DNA of 64,000 bases from Candidatus Parabacteroides intestinipullorum (GTDB lineage Bacteria > Bacteroidota > Bacteroidia > Bacteroidales > Tannerellaceae), in contig DXEL01000044.1 of NCBI GenBank assembly GCA_019114965.1, positions 27,542 to 91,541 of the forward strand. Reading direction: 5' to 3'. Below are positions 1 to 8,375 of the stretch, piece by piece. The notes beneath the pieces are model-generated. The model was not told where the DNA came from and ran no database searches. It saw nothing but the letters and a program-made list of their open reading frames with translations. How positions within the stretch are numbered: position 1 is the first letter of the stretch; every line of letters begins with the position of its first letter. Both the position numbers and the translations under genes were made by a program.

Positions 1-86
1 TGGTGGCCATTACCGGTTATTATAAGTTCTTGGATCAGGATTTCTGTCCGATGGACGCGGCACCATTCTCGAGAGTTGTCATTTGA
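1..86 (+). CDS. tsaD: 3' end of probable tRNA N6-adenosine threonylcarbamoyltransferase TsaD (partial, runs off window start)
   Basis: Frame starting at position 3 reads VAITGYYKFLDQDFCPMDAAPFSRVVI*, resembling the Bacteroidales TsaD C-terminus; tsaD commonly precedes cinA in this group. Not in the ORF track. Confidence 0.6.
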   Translation, partial: VAITGYYKFLDQDFCPMDAAPFSRVVI

Positions 87-110
87 TGGATGGACGGAGA
101 TTGAGGGATC

Positions 111-665
111 ATGACGGAGAATAGGTGTTTCGAGAAGGTCGATTTTTCCTCGCTGACGGGTGAGGAGGAGTGTTATGATTGCCGGTTTGTCTCATGCGAT
201 TTCTCGGAAGTCCTTTTTCGTGAGCCGCTTTTTGAGCGTTGTGAGTTTCATGCCTGTAATTTTTCGATGACCAAGTTCCGGAATACCTTGAGAGAGATTC
301 GTTTTACGGATTGTAAGTTGATGGGAACGGATTTCTCGGGCCTGAAGCTCTTTTCCTCTGATCTCTCTTTTGTGAGGTCACGGATGGATTATGCCAATTT
401 CTCGGGTGTCCGGCTGCGGAAGAGTCGCTTTCAGGAATGTCGTCTTTTTGAGGCGGCTTTCGATGGGGCGGATTTATCGGGCAGTTTGTTCGAGCGTTGC
501 GATTTGGAGCGAACCCTGTTCGATGGGACAAACCTGGAAGGGGCTGATTTCTCGACCTCTTATAATTTTGTGATTAACCCGGGGCGATGCCGGCTGCGGA
601 AAGCCGTTTTCCCCGAGGCGGGTTTGAGTGGTTTGCTCGCTCATTTGGATATCAAGATCGTATGA
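111..665 (+). CDS. Pentapeptide-repeat protein (MfpA/Qnr-like)
   Basis: Continuous A(D/N)F/CxF pentapeptides (CDFSE, CNFSM, ANFSG, ADLSG, TNLEG, ADFST) and C-terminal 'INP...LRKAVF...LSGLL' tail. Confidence 0.85.
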   Translation: MTENRCFEKVDFSSLTGEEECYDCRFVSCDFSEVLFREPLFERCEFHACNFSMTKFRNTLREIRFTDCKLMGTDFSGLKLFSSDLSFVRSRMDYANFSGVRLRKSRFQECRLFEAAFDGADLSGSLFERCDLERTLFDGTNLEGADFSTSYNFVINPGRCRLRKAVFPEAGLSGLLAHLDIKIV

Positions 666-671
666 GCGTAT

Positions 672-1187
672 TTGAAAAAGAAAGTTATGGAGAATAAGAA
701 TATCGAGGCCGGGGAATCTTTGGAGGTTCGTTTGGGACAACTCTTGTTGCGGAAAGGACTGACAATGGGCACGGCCGAGAGTTGTACGGGAGGTAAGATC
801 GCCAGTTTGATGACCTCCGTGGCGGGCAGTTCCGCTTATTTCGTCGGTGGCGTCGTTTCTTATACGAATGAGGTAAAGCATCAGGTCTTGGGCGTATCAT
901 CTGAGGCCTTGGATCGTTATGGGGCAGTTAGCCAGGCCGTGGTTGAGCAGATGGCCCAGGGCGCTACTCGTGTATTGGGTTGTGATTGCGCTGTAGCTAC
1001 GTCCGGGATTGCCGGGCCTGGAGGCGGAACACCAGCCAAACCGGTTGGGACCGTTTGGATCGCCGCTTGCCATGGGGAGCGTGTCCGTTCCGCTTGTTTC
1101 CATTTTGGAGGCGATCGGTTGGGCAATATCCGTTCGTCGGCAGAGGCGGCCCTGTCCATGTTGTTGGAGTTGTTGGGGAATGATTAA
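672..1187 (+). CDS. cinA: CinA C-terminal domain protein / NMN deamidase (PncC-like)
   Basis: TAESCTGG, GSSAYF.GGVVSY.N..K, SGIAGPGGG...KPVGTVW motifs. Confidence 0.9.
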   Translation: MKKKVMENKNIEAGESLEVRLGQLLLRKGLTMGTAESCTGGKIASLMTSVAGSSAYFVGGVVSYTNEVKHQVLGVSSEALDRYGAVSQAVVEQMAQGATRVLGCDCAVATSGIAGPGGGTPAKPVGTVWIAACHGERVRSACFHFGGDRLGNIRSSAEAALSMLLELLGND

Positions 1188-1201
1188 ATTGAGATAAAGA
1201 A

Positions 1202-1711
1202 ATGAAAGCGATTGATCCGAGTCAGTTGACCGATAATTTTATCGGGATAATCAGTAAGGAGTGGATGCTGGTAAGCGCCGGCGACCGGGAGAAGTTTAAC
1301 ATGATGACTGCCAATTGGGGCGGCGTTGGCTACTTGTGGCACAAGCCGGTTGTCTTTGTCTTTATCCGGCCGGAGCGTTATACCCGCGAGTTTGTCGATA
1401 ATCGTGGCGAGTTCACGCTCTCTTTCCTTGGCGAGGCGCATAAGGCGGCGCATGCCATTTGTGGTTCCAAGTCCGGGCGTGATATTGATAAGGTGGCTGC
1501 TACTGGATTGCATCCGTTGTTCACGGATAATGGGAATCCCTATTTCGAGGAATCCCGTCTCACGTTAGAATGCCGGACGCTCTATCGTTCGGAGCTGCGT
1601 GAGGATGCCTTCCTGGCTCCTGAGATTTGTGCCCGATGGTATAATGAGACGAATGGCGGGTTGCATCTCGTTTATGTGGCCGAAATCGTGAATGCCTGGA
1701 TAAACGAATAG
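1202..1711 (+). CDS. Flavin reductase family protein
   Basis: WMLVSAG...FNMMTANWGG.G.LW, FIRPERYT, CGSKSGRD.DK motifs. Confidence 0.85.
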   Translation: MKAIDPSQLTDNFIGIISKEWMLVSAGDREKFNMMTANWGGVGYLWHKPVVFVFIRPERYTREFVDNRGEFTLSFLGEAHKAAHAICGSKSGRDIDKVAATGLHPLFTDNGNPYFEESRLTLECRTLYRSELREDAFLAPEICARWYNETNGGLHLVYVAEIVNAWINE

Positions 1712-1736
1712 GCGTTTTTTGGGGAATTATATTGTT

Positions 1737-1785
1737 GGCCAACCGGTCTCAATGTGTTGCATTGGGACTGGGTTGGCCTTTTTTT
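1737..1785 (+). terminator. Intrinsic terminator after the flavin reductase gene
   Basis: GGCCAACC..GTCTCAATG-TGTTG-CATTGGGAC..GGTTGGCC hairpin followed by T7. Confidence 0.8.
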
Positions 1786-1807
1786 GTGGATTCGTGTCAA
1801 CCGAAAA

Positions 1808-1885
1808 TTTTGTCCGAAGGGGATTCGCGTTTTGTCCGAAGGAAATTCAATTTTCCTTCGAAAGAAAATTGCGTTTTCTTCGGAC
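1808..1885. repeat. Degenerate 22-bp-period array, last unit inverted
   Basis: TGTCCGAAGG at 1811 and 1833; CGAA/CGGA cores at 1815, 1837, 1859, 1881; TTCTTCGGACA is the reverse complement of TGTCCGAAGAA. Confidence 0.7.
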
Positions 1886-1900
1886 ATTTTAGCTGGGATT

Positions 1901-1962
1901 ATTACCCCTTAATGATGCCCATTGTTAAAGGGTAATAATGCCTGTTGTGGCCCCTTAATAGT
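1901..1962. repeat. 23-bp-period repeat, same family as 35586-35660 in opposite orientation
   Basis: ATGCC at 1915 and 1938; CCCCTTAAT at 1905 and 1951; ATGCCCATTGTT is the reverse complement of AACAATGGGCAT at 35616. Confidence 0.7.
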
Positions 1963-1977
1963 CCCAGTCGTGATGGG

Positions 1978-3195
1978 TTATAAAGATTTAATTATTTCTC
2001 TTTTGTAGCCGGAATGCTTGTAATAGATTAGGCGGTAGGGCTTGTCGTTCGGGACGAGTAGAAGGTCCTCGTTATCCTTGTTTTTCCTTTTGACGGAAAA
2101 AGGAATGGGATGTGGAGTCTTTTCCATTTCCTCCTGATAGTAGACCTCAACGGTATCGTAGTCGGTAAAAGGGCTCTTTATCCATTGACATGCCGTATGG
2201 ATTGTCAGCCAGATCGGATACCCATTCAGGAAGGTGGTGCGGGGAGAGATCACGAAATAATCCCGGTTGCTTGCGTTGTTAAGGGGCACGGCCTCTCCTT
2301 GACGGTCGGTCAGGATCGTCGGTTTCTGGATGTCATAATAATCAAGAAGTTTTTGGTAATGCGGTAAGCTTTCCGGCTCCGAATAGATGGTTTGGTCTAC
2401 ACACATCGGATCTATGTTGGCCAATGTCTTGAGATAATGCGCTAACGACCGTCGGGATTGTTGGTTATTGTGGTCGAATCCGCAGAATACGATCCACTTG
2501 TCTTGACTCGAAAAAGTCTTGGCCTTTGCGAGAATGTTACGGACTGCAGCTGAATCCCGGTTTGCGGTCGTGGGCGCATCGTATGGATGGAGTTGAAAGC
2601 CCAGCGCGAGTGCCTGTCTGGTCAGATGGGCGAAGGCGGGTTCGCTGGTATAGATACCTATTGTTTTGGAGGGAATCTCGATGGAATCCTTATCCAGAGC
2701 CTCGACAAAGATGTGTCTGTAACCCAGTTTGTACAGGCCTGGCAATAGGGAGGTCATGAACAAACGGTGCTGAGGGTAGAGATGCGCCTCATTGATGAGA
2801 ATCGCTTGTTTCTCCTCTGCTTTTTCCAATAGGAAAGAGTGGGCATCGGTCGCGAAGATGTCTGGTGACAAATTCTCCGGTTTTGTCAGTTTCTGCTTCT
2901 TGTCCCTGAATAGGTGGCCAGCACGGTCTTTTCCCTCAATATCGCCTTCAAGGGTGTAGGCTGTCATCAACGCCTGACCATAATAATCCCGAAATTGGGG
3001 ATTGATGAAGGCGCTGTCTGCCTCGATCCGATATCGGGTCGTGTAGGCGTCCTGTTGTTTTTTCCAGCTTTCGATCAGGTAATCAAAAGCCCAAAGGGGA
3101 TTTTGGTGATTGATGGCCTCTTGCGCCTGGCCAAAGATTATCCAGGCGCCAAGAAGCGCGATTAATAATGGTTTCTTGTTGTTCCCTGGTAACAT
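1978..3195 (-). CDS. Secreted hypothetical protein, probable EreA/ChaN/Tiki-like fold
   Basis: Signal-peptide-like N-terminus; INEAH...QHR, FVEAL, RD, CGFDH motifs. Confidence 0.65.
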   Translation of the reverse strand: MLPGNNKKPLLIALLGAWIIFGQAQEAINHQNPLWAFDYLIESWKKQQDAYTTRYRIEADSAFINPQFRDYYGQALMTAYTLEGDIEGKDRAGHLFRDKKQKLTKPENLSPDIFATDAHSFLLEKAEEKQAILINEAHLYPQHRLFMTSLLPGLYKLGYRHIFVEALDKDSIEIPSKTIGIYTSEPAFAHLTRQALALGFQLHPYDAPTTANRDSAAVRNILAKAKTFSSQDKWIVFCGFDHNNQQSRRSLAHYLKTLANIDPMCVDQTIYSEPESLPHYQKLLDYYDIQKPTILTDRQGEAVPLNNASNRDYFVISPRTTFLNGYPIWLTIHTACQWIKSPFTDYDTVEVYYQEEMEKTPHPIPFSVKRKNKDNEDLLLVPNDKPYRLIYYKHSGYKREIIKSL

Positions 3196-3201
3196 TTCCG
3201 C

Positions 3202-3672
3202 CTATTTATTCTCGATTAATTTGAAGCGCATACGGAAAATGCCCTCTTTATAGTCGTAACTGATGATCTTGAATGTCCCGATCTCAGCGGTATTCTTCAC
3301 GTGAGCGCCGATACAGAGACATTCGTCGTAATCGCCGACATGGACGACACGTACCGTATCTGATGCGCCTTCCGGCAAACGCTTCAGGTCAAAGCGGCCT
3401 TGAGCCTCCTCTTGCGTGATGTATTCTACGCTAATATCCAAATGCCGGTTGATCACCTCGTTGATAGTCTCCTCAATACGTTTGATCTCCTCTTCTGTGG
3501 GGCATTGGGGCAAATTGAAGTCCAGCTTGCTCTTTTTGCGCTCGATATGGGCGGATACGGCCCGTCCACATCCGAAAAGTTTCACCATGGTCCCATTGAC
3601 AATATGCTCGCAGGTATGCATGGGTGGAAATTCCTGCTTGTTGTGTTCGTTTAATTGAATCGCTTGTTCCAT
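3202..3672 (-). CDS. Free-standing AlaX-type aminoacyl-tRNA editing protein (tRNA_SAD)
   Basis: HTCEH (HxxxH) and CIGAH (CxGxH) zinc motifs. Confidence 0.85.
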   Translation of the reverse strand: MEQAIQLNEHNKQEFPPMHTCEHIVNGTMVKLFGCGRAVSAHIERKKSKLDFNLPQCPTEEEIKRIEETINEVINRHLDISVEYITQEEAQGRFDLKRLPEGASDTVRVVHVGDYDECLCIGAHVKNTAEIGTFKIISYDYKEGIFRMRFKLIENK

Positions 3673-3703
3673 TATATGATCTATATTACGTCATTCTTGT
3701 TTT

Positions 3704-6118
3704 TTATTTGATACCTTCGAAGAGTTCGTTCCGATCCTCTTTTTCCTGCGTCGGCTTCGCCTTGAAACTGTTGAACGTATAGCTGACAGTTAACAGGATC
3801 TGAGGATATTTGGGACGAATCTTGGTGTACATGCTTAAGTCGGCAGTCTGGATGTCGTTGATATAACGGGCCGACCGGAAGACATCCTTGAAGGCCAGAG
3901 TCGCCGTCAGGCGTCGGTTGAACAGTTGTTGCCGGACAGCCACGTTCGCGTACCAGTAAGCGTCGCTTTTACCCTGTGTCGTAACGGACGGACCCACAAA
4001 ACTACCATCTAACTGCAGGCGGGTATATTTTCCTAGGGTAAAGAGGTTGTTCCAAAGGAAATCGTAGTTGGTGCTGGAGGCATGCTTGCCGCCGGCGGCC
4101 AATTCGTTGACTACCTTGTAATGGTAGATGTTACCATTGAGGGTCGTGTTCCACCAGCGGGTCGGGTGAAGGTTGAGGCTAACCTCAAGACCGGTTGAGT
4201 AGTCGCGGCCCACATTCGCCATCGAGTCGAGCGTAACGGCTCCTTCATAAGGCACTCTCAGGCGTTCTACCTTATCTTTCCTGAAACGGTGGAAAAGGGT
4301 TGCCGAGAAGCTGTTCTCGCCAAAGGCTTTCTGGTAGTTCATCTCCATCGAGTGGATGTATTCCGGACGGATATCGGGGTTACCGATCACGGCGGAGTAG
4401 AAATCGTTGTAGGTGAGGTACGGCTCCATGAACCAGAGTTGCGGGCGGGTTGTCCTGTAGGAATAGGCCAGTAAGATCTTCTGTTCACGTGGCAGGCTAT
4501 AACCCAGGTGTAACGATGGAAAAACCTCGAAACGTTTGTTGATACGGCTCGCGTCGGGAATGGACGAGAGCAACTTTGTCATGGTATGTTCGCCCCGTAA
4601 GCCGATCTGTGCGTCGAAGCGGTTCCACGTGCCGGAGTAGATCGCGTATATGGAATTGATAGCTTCCCTGAAAAAGAAGGTATTGTATGCTTCCGGCTGT
4701 TTCTCGAACTCGCCGCTTTCCGGGTTCCACCATTCCATCTCATAGTCGCCATCCTCGAAATAGGAGTAATATTGATAGCCGGCTTCCAGTTTGCTTTTCT
4801 CGGAGATAGGAAGCGTATAATCCAGGTTCGCTCGCCAGGTATTCCGGAATTCCGCCTCGTAATAACACATGCCATCAGCCCGTTTTCCCTGCATATCGGT
4901 CAACTCGTTGAAGGAATATTCCAGGGAGTTGCCACCATACTTGAAATAGAGTGATGCCGCTATCTGGTGTCCCTTATCATTGAAACGGTGTTTGGCGGCG
5001 ATACTGCCTTGTCCGAAATCCTCGGAATTCTCAAAGTCATTGTTGTTGTTATAGACTGCCGTGACGGGAGCATTTCCGCCCAGGGTCCGTGTCTCACGGT
5101 AGATCATGTCGCCATTGTGTGTACGTCCACCATGCCCACCCTCGGCGTTGATCTCGAAAGTTGTCATGGGTAATTCCAGACTCCAGCCTCCTTTTAACGA
5201 ATAGTTGAAGCGGTTACCCTCTTGTGGGCCATCGGCGTCGAGCGCATAGGTACCTTCTTCACGGTAAGTGGTGCTTTTAAGGACATGCTCACTCTTACTG
5301 AGCTTGTCGGCCCATTGTCCGCCCAGGAACCAACGGGAATGGTTATTCTGTTGGTTGATGAGGAAATCGGCCCGTCGTGTAAGCCAGGTACTACCGGAGA
5401 GATTGACCATTCCACTCAACCCTTTCAGAAAGTGCTTTTTGGTGATGATGTTGATGATACCGACCTCGCCTTCCGTATCGTGCTTAGCGGAGGGAGTCGT
5501 GATAATCTCAATATTCTCGATCTGCCCGGCAGGAACCTGCTCAAGCGCTTGAGTGCCTGAGAAGACACTGGGCTTGCCATCTACATAGACCAGGAAGCCT
5601 GAGCTGCCCCGGAAGGTAATGTCGCCGTTGGCGTCGACCCGGACGGATGGCGTGTTCTCAAGCACGTCGACAGCGGAACCTCCGTCGCCCATGAGGTTGG
5701 AAGATGCCTCGACCACTTTCTTGTCGAGTTTATAGATGAGCTGCCGCTTGTCGGCTACGACCTCTACTTCCGAAAGTCCCACCTCAAGAGGTGTCATATT
5801 GATTTTCCCTAAGTCGATACGTGACGTCTCTTTGAGCTCGAAAGGTTTGGAGGCGTAAATATCATATCCGACAAGGCGCACCATCAACGTGTAAGTCCCG
5901 TTTGGCACTTGCGAGAAAAGGAATTGCCCTTGTCCGTCGGGGATGGTTTGGGCAATTGGTGTTGTGCGGTCACGTTGGAACAAAAGCACATCCGCGAAGT
6001 CGATAGTCGCCCCGTTTTTCGCGTCAACCAGATAACCTTTGATACGGAAGTCGGTTGGTGCGGCATAAAGTAATGTACTAAATAAACACAAGGTTAACAA
6101 GAATAATAGTCTTTTCAT
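3704..6118 (-). CDS. TonB-dependent receptor / outer-membrane beta-barrel with N-terminal carboxypeptidase-regulatory-like domain
   Basis: Signal peptide MKRLLFLL (likely start 6118; the ORF track starts at 6172); plug motifs 'GGSAVDVLENTPSV' and 'IENIEIITTPSAK'; GNPDIRPEY. Confidence 0.85.
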   Translation of the reverse strand: MKRLLFLLTLCLFSTLLYAAPTDFRIKGYLVDAKNGATIDFADVLLFQRDRTTPIAQTIPDGQGQFLFSQVPNGTYTLMVRLVGYDIYASKPFELKETSRIDLGKINMTPLEVGLSEVEVVADKRQLIYKLDKKVVEASSNLMGDGGSAVDVLENTPSVRVDANGDITFRGSSGFLVYVDGKPSVFSGTQALEQVPAGQIENIEIITTPSAKHDTEGEVGIINIITKKHFLKGLSGMVNLSGSTWLTRRADFLINQQNNHSRWFLGGQWADKLSKSEHVLKSTTYREEGTYALDADGPQEGNRFNYSLKGGWSLELPMTTFEINAEGGHGGRTHNGDMIYRETRTLGGNAPVTAVYNNNNDFENSEDFGQGSIAAKHRFNDKGHQIAASLYFKYGGNSLEYSFNELTDMQGKRADGMCYYEAEFRNTWRANLDYTLPISEKSKLEAGYQYYSYFEDGDYEMEWWNPESGEFEKQPEAYNTFFFREAINSIYAIYSGTWNRFDAQIGLRGEHTMTKLLSSIPDASRINKRFEVFPSLHLGYSLPREQKILLAYSYRTTRPQLWFMEPYLTYNDFYSAVIGNPDIRPEYIHSMEMNYQKAFGENSFSATLFHRFRKDKVERLRVPYEGAVTLDSMANVGRDYSTGLEVSLNLHPTRWWNTTLNGNIYHYKVVNELAAGGKHASSTNYDFLWNNLFTLGKYTRLQLDGSFVGPSVTTQGKSDAYWYANVAVRQQLFNRRLTATLAFKDVFRSARYINDIQTADLSMYTKIRPKYPQILLTVSYTFNSFKAKPTQEKEDRNELFEGIK

Positions 6119-6176
6119 CTCTCCATTCTCCATAAATTGCGGGGGACCGGATAGGCCCCCTAAACCAAACAATTTA

Positions 6177-6184
6177 CGAATGTA
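6177..6184 (-). promoter_or_regulatory. Bacteroidetes -7 promoter element, TAnnTTCG variant
   Basis: TACATTCG on the minus strand about 60 bp upstream of the receptor start. Confidence 0.5.
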
Positions 6185-6240
6185 GGAAGAAAAAATTAAA
6201 TAACTCCCATTTAGGGAGTTTCTTTTGATGACATTTGTGT

Positions 6241-7128
6241 TTAAGAGAGTTCCTTTTGTTTATCCCTGAATTGGCGAGGGGAGGCACCGAGATGCTTCTT
6301 GACATATTTCCCGAAAAAGGAGATATTGGGGAAATCGAGCTCGTTGGCAATCTCCTTAATGCTTTTTTCTGTCCGTAGAAGAAGAAAATGGATGTCCTTT
6401 ATGACGTACTGGTCTATCAGGTAGGATGCGGGACGACCCGATATTTGCTTGCAAACGGCAGACAGGTATTTGGGCGTGACGTGCAGAAGTTGGGCATAAT
6501 GCGAGACAGAGCGAGATTTGGGATAACTCGCCGATATGTTGTCGATAAAGGCTTTGAATAGACTCTCGGATGATTTATAGGTTGGTGGGTTTAACGTAAA
6601 GAACCGTTCTAACGTATCGTGAAACTCGTAGAGGAATGCCATGAAAAGGGCATCCATCAATTGCTTTTTGTGTTTATGGTTGTTGCTGGTTGATTTGAGT
6701 TTTAACAGGTCGTAATACCAGCAGAAGGTCCGTACATCATCAGGTGTCAATGGTAGGATTGGTGTCTTTTCCAGGAAAAAATGGACATCCCATGAATTGG
6801 AGGATATCATGGCTAACTGTTTGACATATTCGGGAGAGAGGCAAATGCATCGGCATTCAAAATCGATGCTGATCATGCTGCTTTCCAGGATGATGTTTGG
6901 GTGGCAAATAAAGAGTTCATTCTCGTGAATCTCGTGGAATTTGTCGTTTACGAAAAGGGAGGCTTTCCCTTTCAGGCATAAGACGGCTACGAATGCCTCC
7001 ACCTTTACGCTGGTTTGAGGATCCAGCTTTTGCAGGTTATCGACAAAGAGCATACGGCCTTCGTAATAAGTGGCAAATTGCTTGATCTCTTCATCCTCTA
7101 TGCTTCTGGTGATAATGTCTTTTCCCAT
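6241..7128 (-). CDS. AraC family transcriptional regulator
   Basis: C-terminal 'YAQLLHVTPKYLS..CK' and 'SIKEIANELDFPNISFFGKYVKKHLG.SP' HTH; divergent from the RND operon. Confidence 0.9.
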   Translation of the reverse strand: MGKDIITRSIEDEEIKQFATYYEGRMLFVDNLQKLDPQTSVKVEAFVAVLCLKGKASLFVNDKFHEIHENELFICHPNIILESSMISIDFECRCICLSPEYVKQLAMISSNSWDVHFFLEKTPILPLTPDDVRTFCWYYDLLKLKSTSNNHKHKKQLMDALFMAFLYEFHDTLERFFTLNPPTYKSSESLFKAFIDNISASYPKSRSVSHYAQLLHVTPKYLSAVCKQISGRPASYLIDQYVIKDIHFLLLRTEKSIKEIANELDFPNISFFGKYVKKHLGASPRQFRDKQKELS

Positions 7129-7339
7129 ATCTGATCATATTTTGATTGTTGTCGCAAAATAACGAAATATTCTTTTTTTGCTAGTGGTATATTTTTCCTG
7201 ATGATTATTCATTATTTCCTATTGGAGGAGTGTATGGAAAAAGAGAACATTTCTTGAGAAATACGGAAATCCAGTATTTGGCGTGAAGCCCATTTCTTCG
7301 CGGCGTGAAATAAATAAAAGGAACGCAATACAGATTGAG

Positions 7340-8365
7340 ATGAAAAAGATTGCTTTAGTAACATTAGTGTCATTGCCTATATTGATGACAAATTGTCAAG
7401 TAAAGGAGACGGCTAGTGATAACCAAGAGGTTTCCGTGAAAGTAAAAACAATGCGGGTCGATTCTTCTGAAGATCAACGGGTGAATAGGTATTCTGGAAC
7501 AGTGGAGGAGGCCAGTGAAACAGCGCTTAGTTTCCCTGTGGCGGGGACGATTCAGCAGATGCGGGTTCGTTTGGGGGATCGGGTGACAAAAGGACAACTG
7601 ATCGCTACAATCGATCCGTCGACGATGAGGAACAGTCATGCGGTGGCGAAGGCGGCTTTGGAGCAGGCGGAAGACGCGTTCCGTAGGATGAAAGAGTTAC
7701 ACGATAAAGGTAGTTTATCTGAGATCAAGTGGGTTGAAATCCAAAGTAAGTTGGAGCAAGCCCGTTCTCTGGAGGAGATCGCTCGAAAAAATCTGGATGA
7801 TTGCAGATTGTACGCACCGTATGATGGCGTGATATCCGAGAAGATGGGAGAGAGTGGGTTGAATGTGATGCCGGGTGTCCCGGTCGCTCGATTGGTATCG
7901 GTCAATCAATTGAAAGTAAAGGTATCGGTTCCGGAGACGGAGATCTCGAATATTGCCCTCTCGTGGGAGGCGACGATACAGGTGCCGGCCTTGAATGATC
8001 AGTGCTTTAAAGGTACCGTAATCGAGAAAGGAATCGTGGCCAATCCGTTGTCTCGCTCATACGATGTGAAAATCCGGATCGATAATCCGGATAAGTCCTT
8101 GATGCCCGGTATGGTCGTTAAGGTTGGATTGCGTAGTCCGGAAGAGAAAAGAAGTTTTGTCTTACCTGCTTATATCGTACAGCTGGATGAGAATAACCGG
8201 ACATTTGTCTGGGTGAACAACGGTGGAAAGGCGCAAAGACGTTTCGTGACCTGTGGCGATTATACGGCACATGGCGTGACGGTCGTATCCGGCTTGGACG
8301 CGGGGGATGAGGTTATTGTTGAGGGGCAGCAGAAAGTTTGTGAGAACGTGATGTTGTCTTTGTGA
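7340..8365 (+). CDS. RND efflux periplasmic adaptor (MFP)
   Basis: LSFPVAGTI..M.V..GDRVTKGQLIA and LYAPYDGVI lipoyl motifs; likely start MKKIAL at 7340 (ORF track 7283). Confidence 0.9.
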   Translation: MKKIALVTLVSLPILMTNCQVKETASDNQEVSVKVKTMRVDSSEDQRVNRYSGTVEEASETALSFPVAGTIQQMRVRLGDRVTKGQLIATIDPSTMRNSHAVAKAALEQAEDAFRRMKELHDKGSLSEIKWVEIQSKLEQARSLEEIARKNLDDCRLYAPYDGVISEKMGESGLNVMPGVPVARLVSVNQLKVKVSVPETEISNIALSWEATIQVPALNDQCFKGTVIEKGIVANPLSRSYDVKIRIDNPDKSLMPGMVVKVGLRSPEEKRSFVLPAYIVQLDENNRTFVWVNNGGKAQRRFVTCGDYTAHGVTVVSGLDAGDEVIVEGQQKVCENVMLSL

Positions 8366-8375
8366 AAGTAGTATT

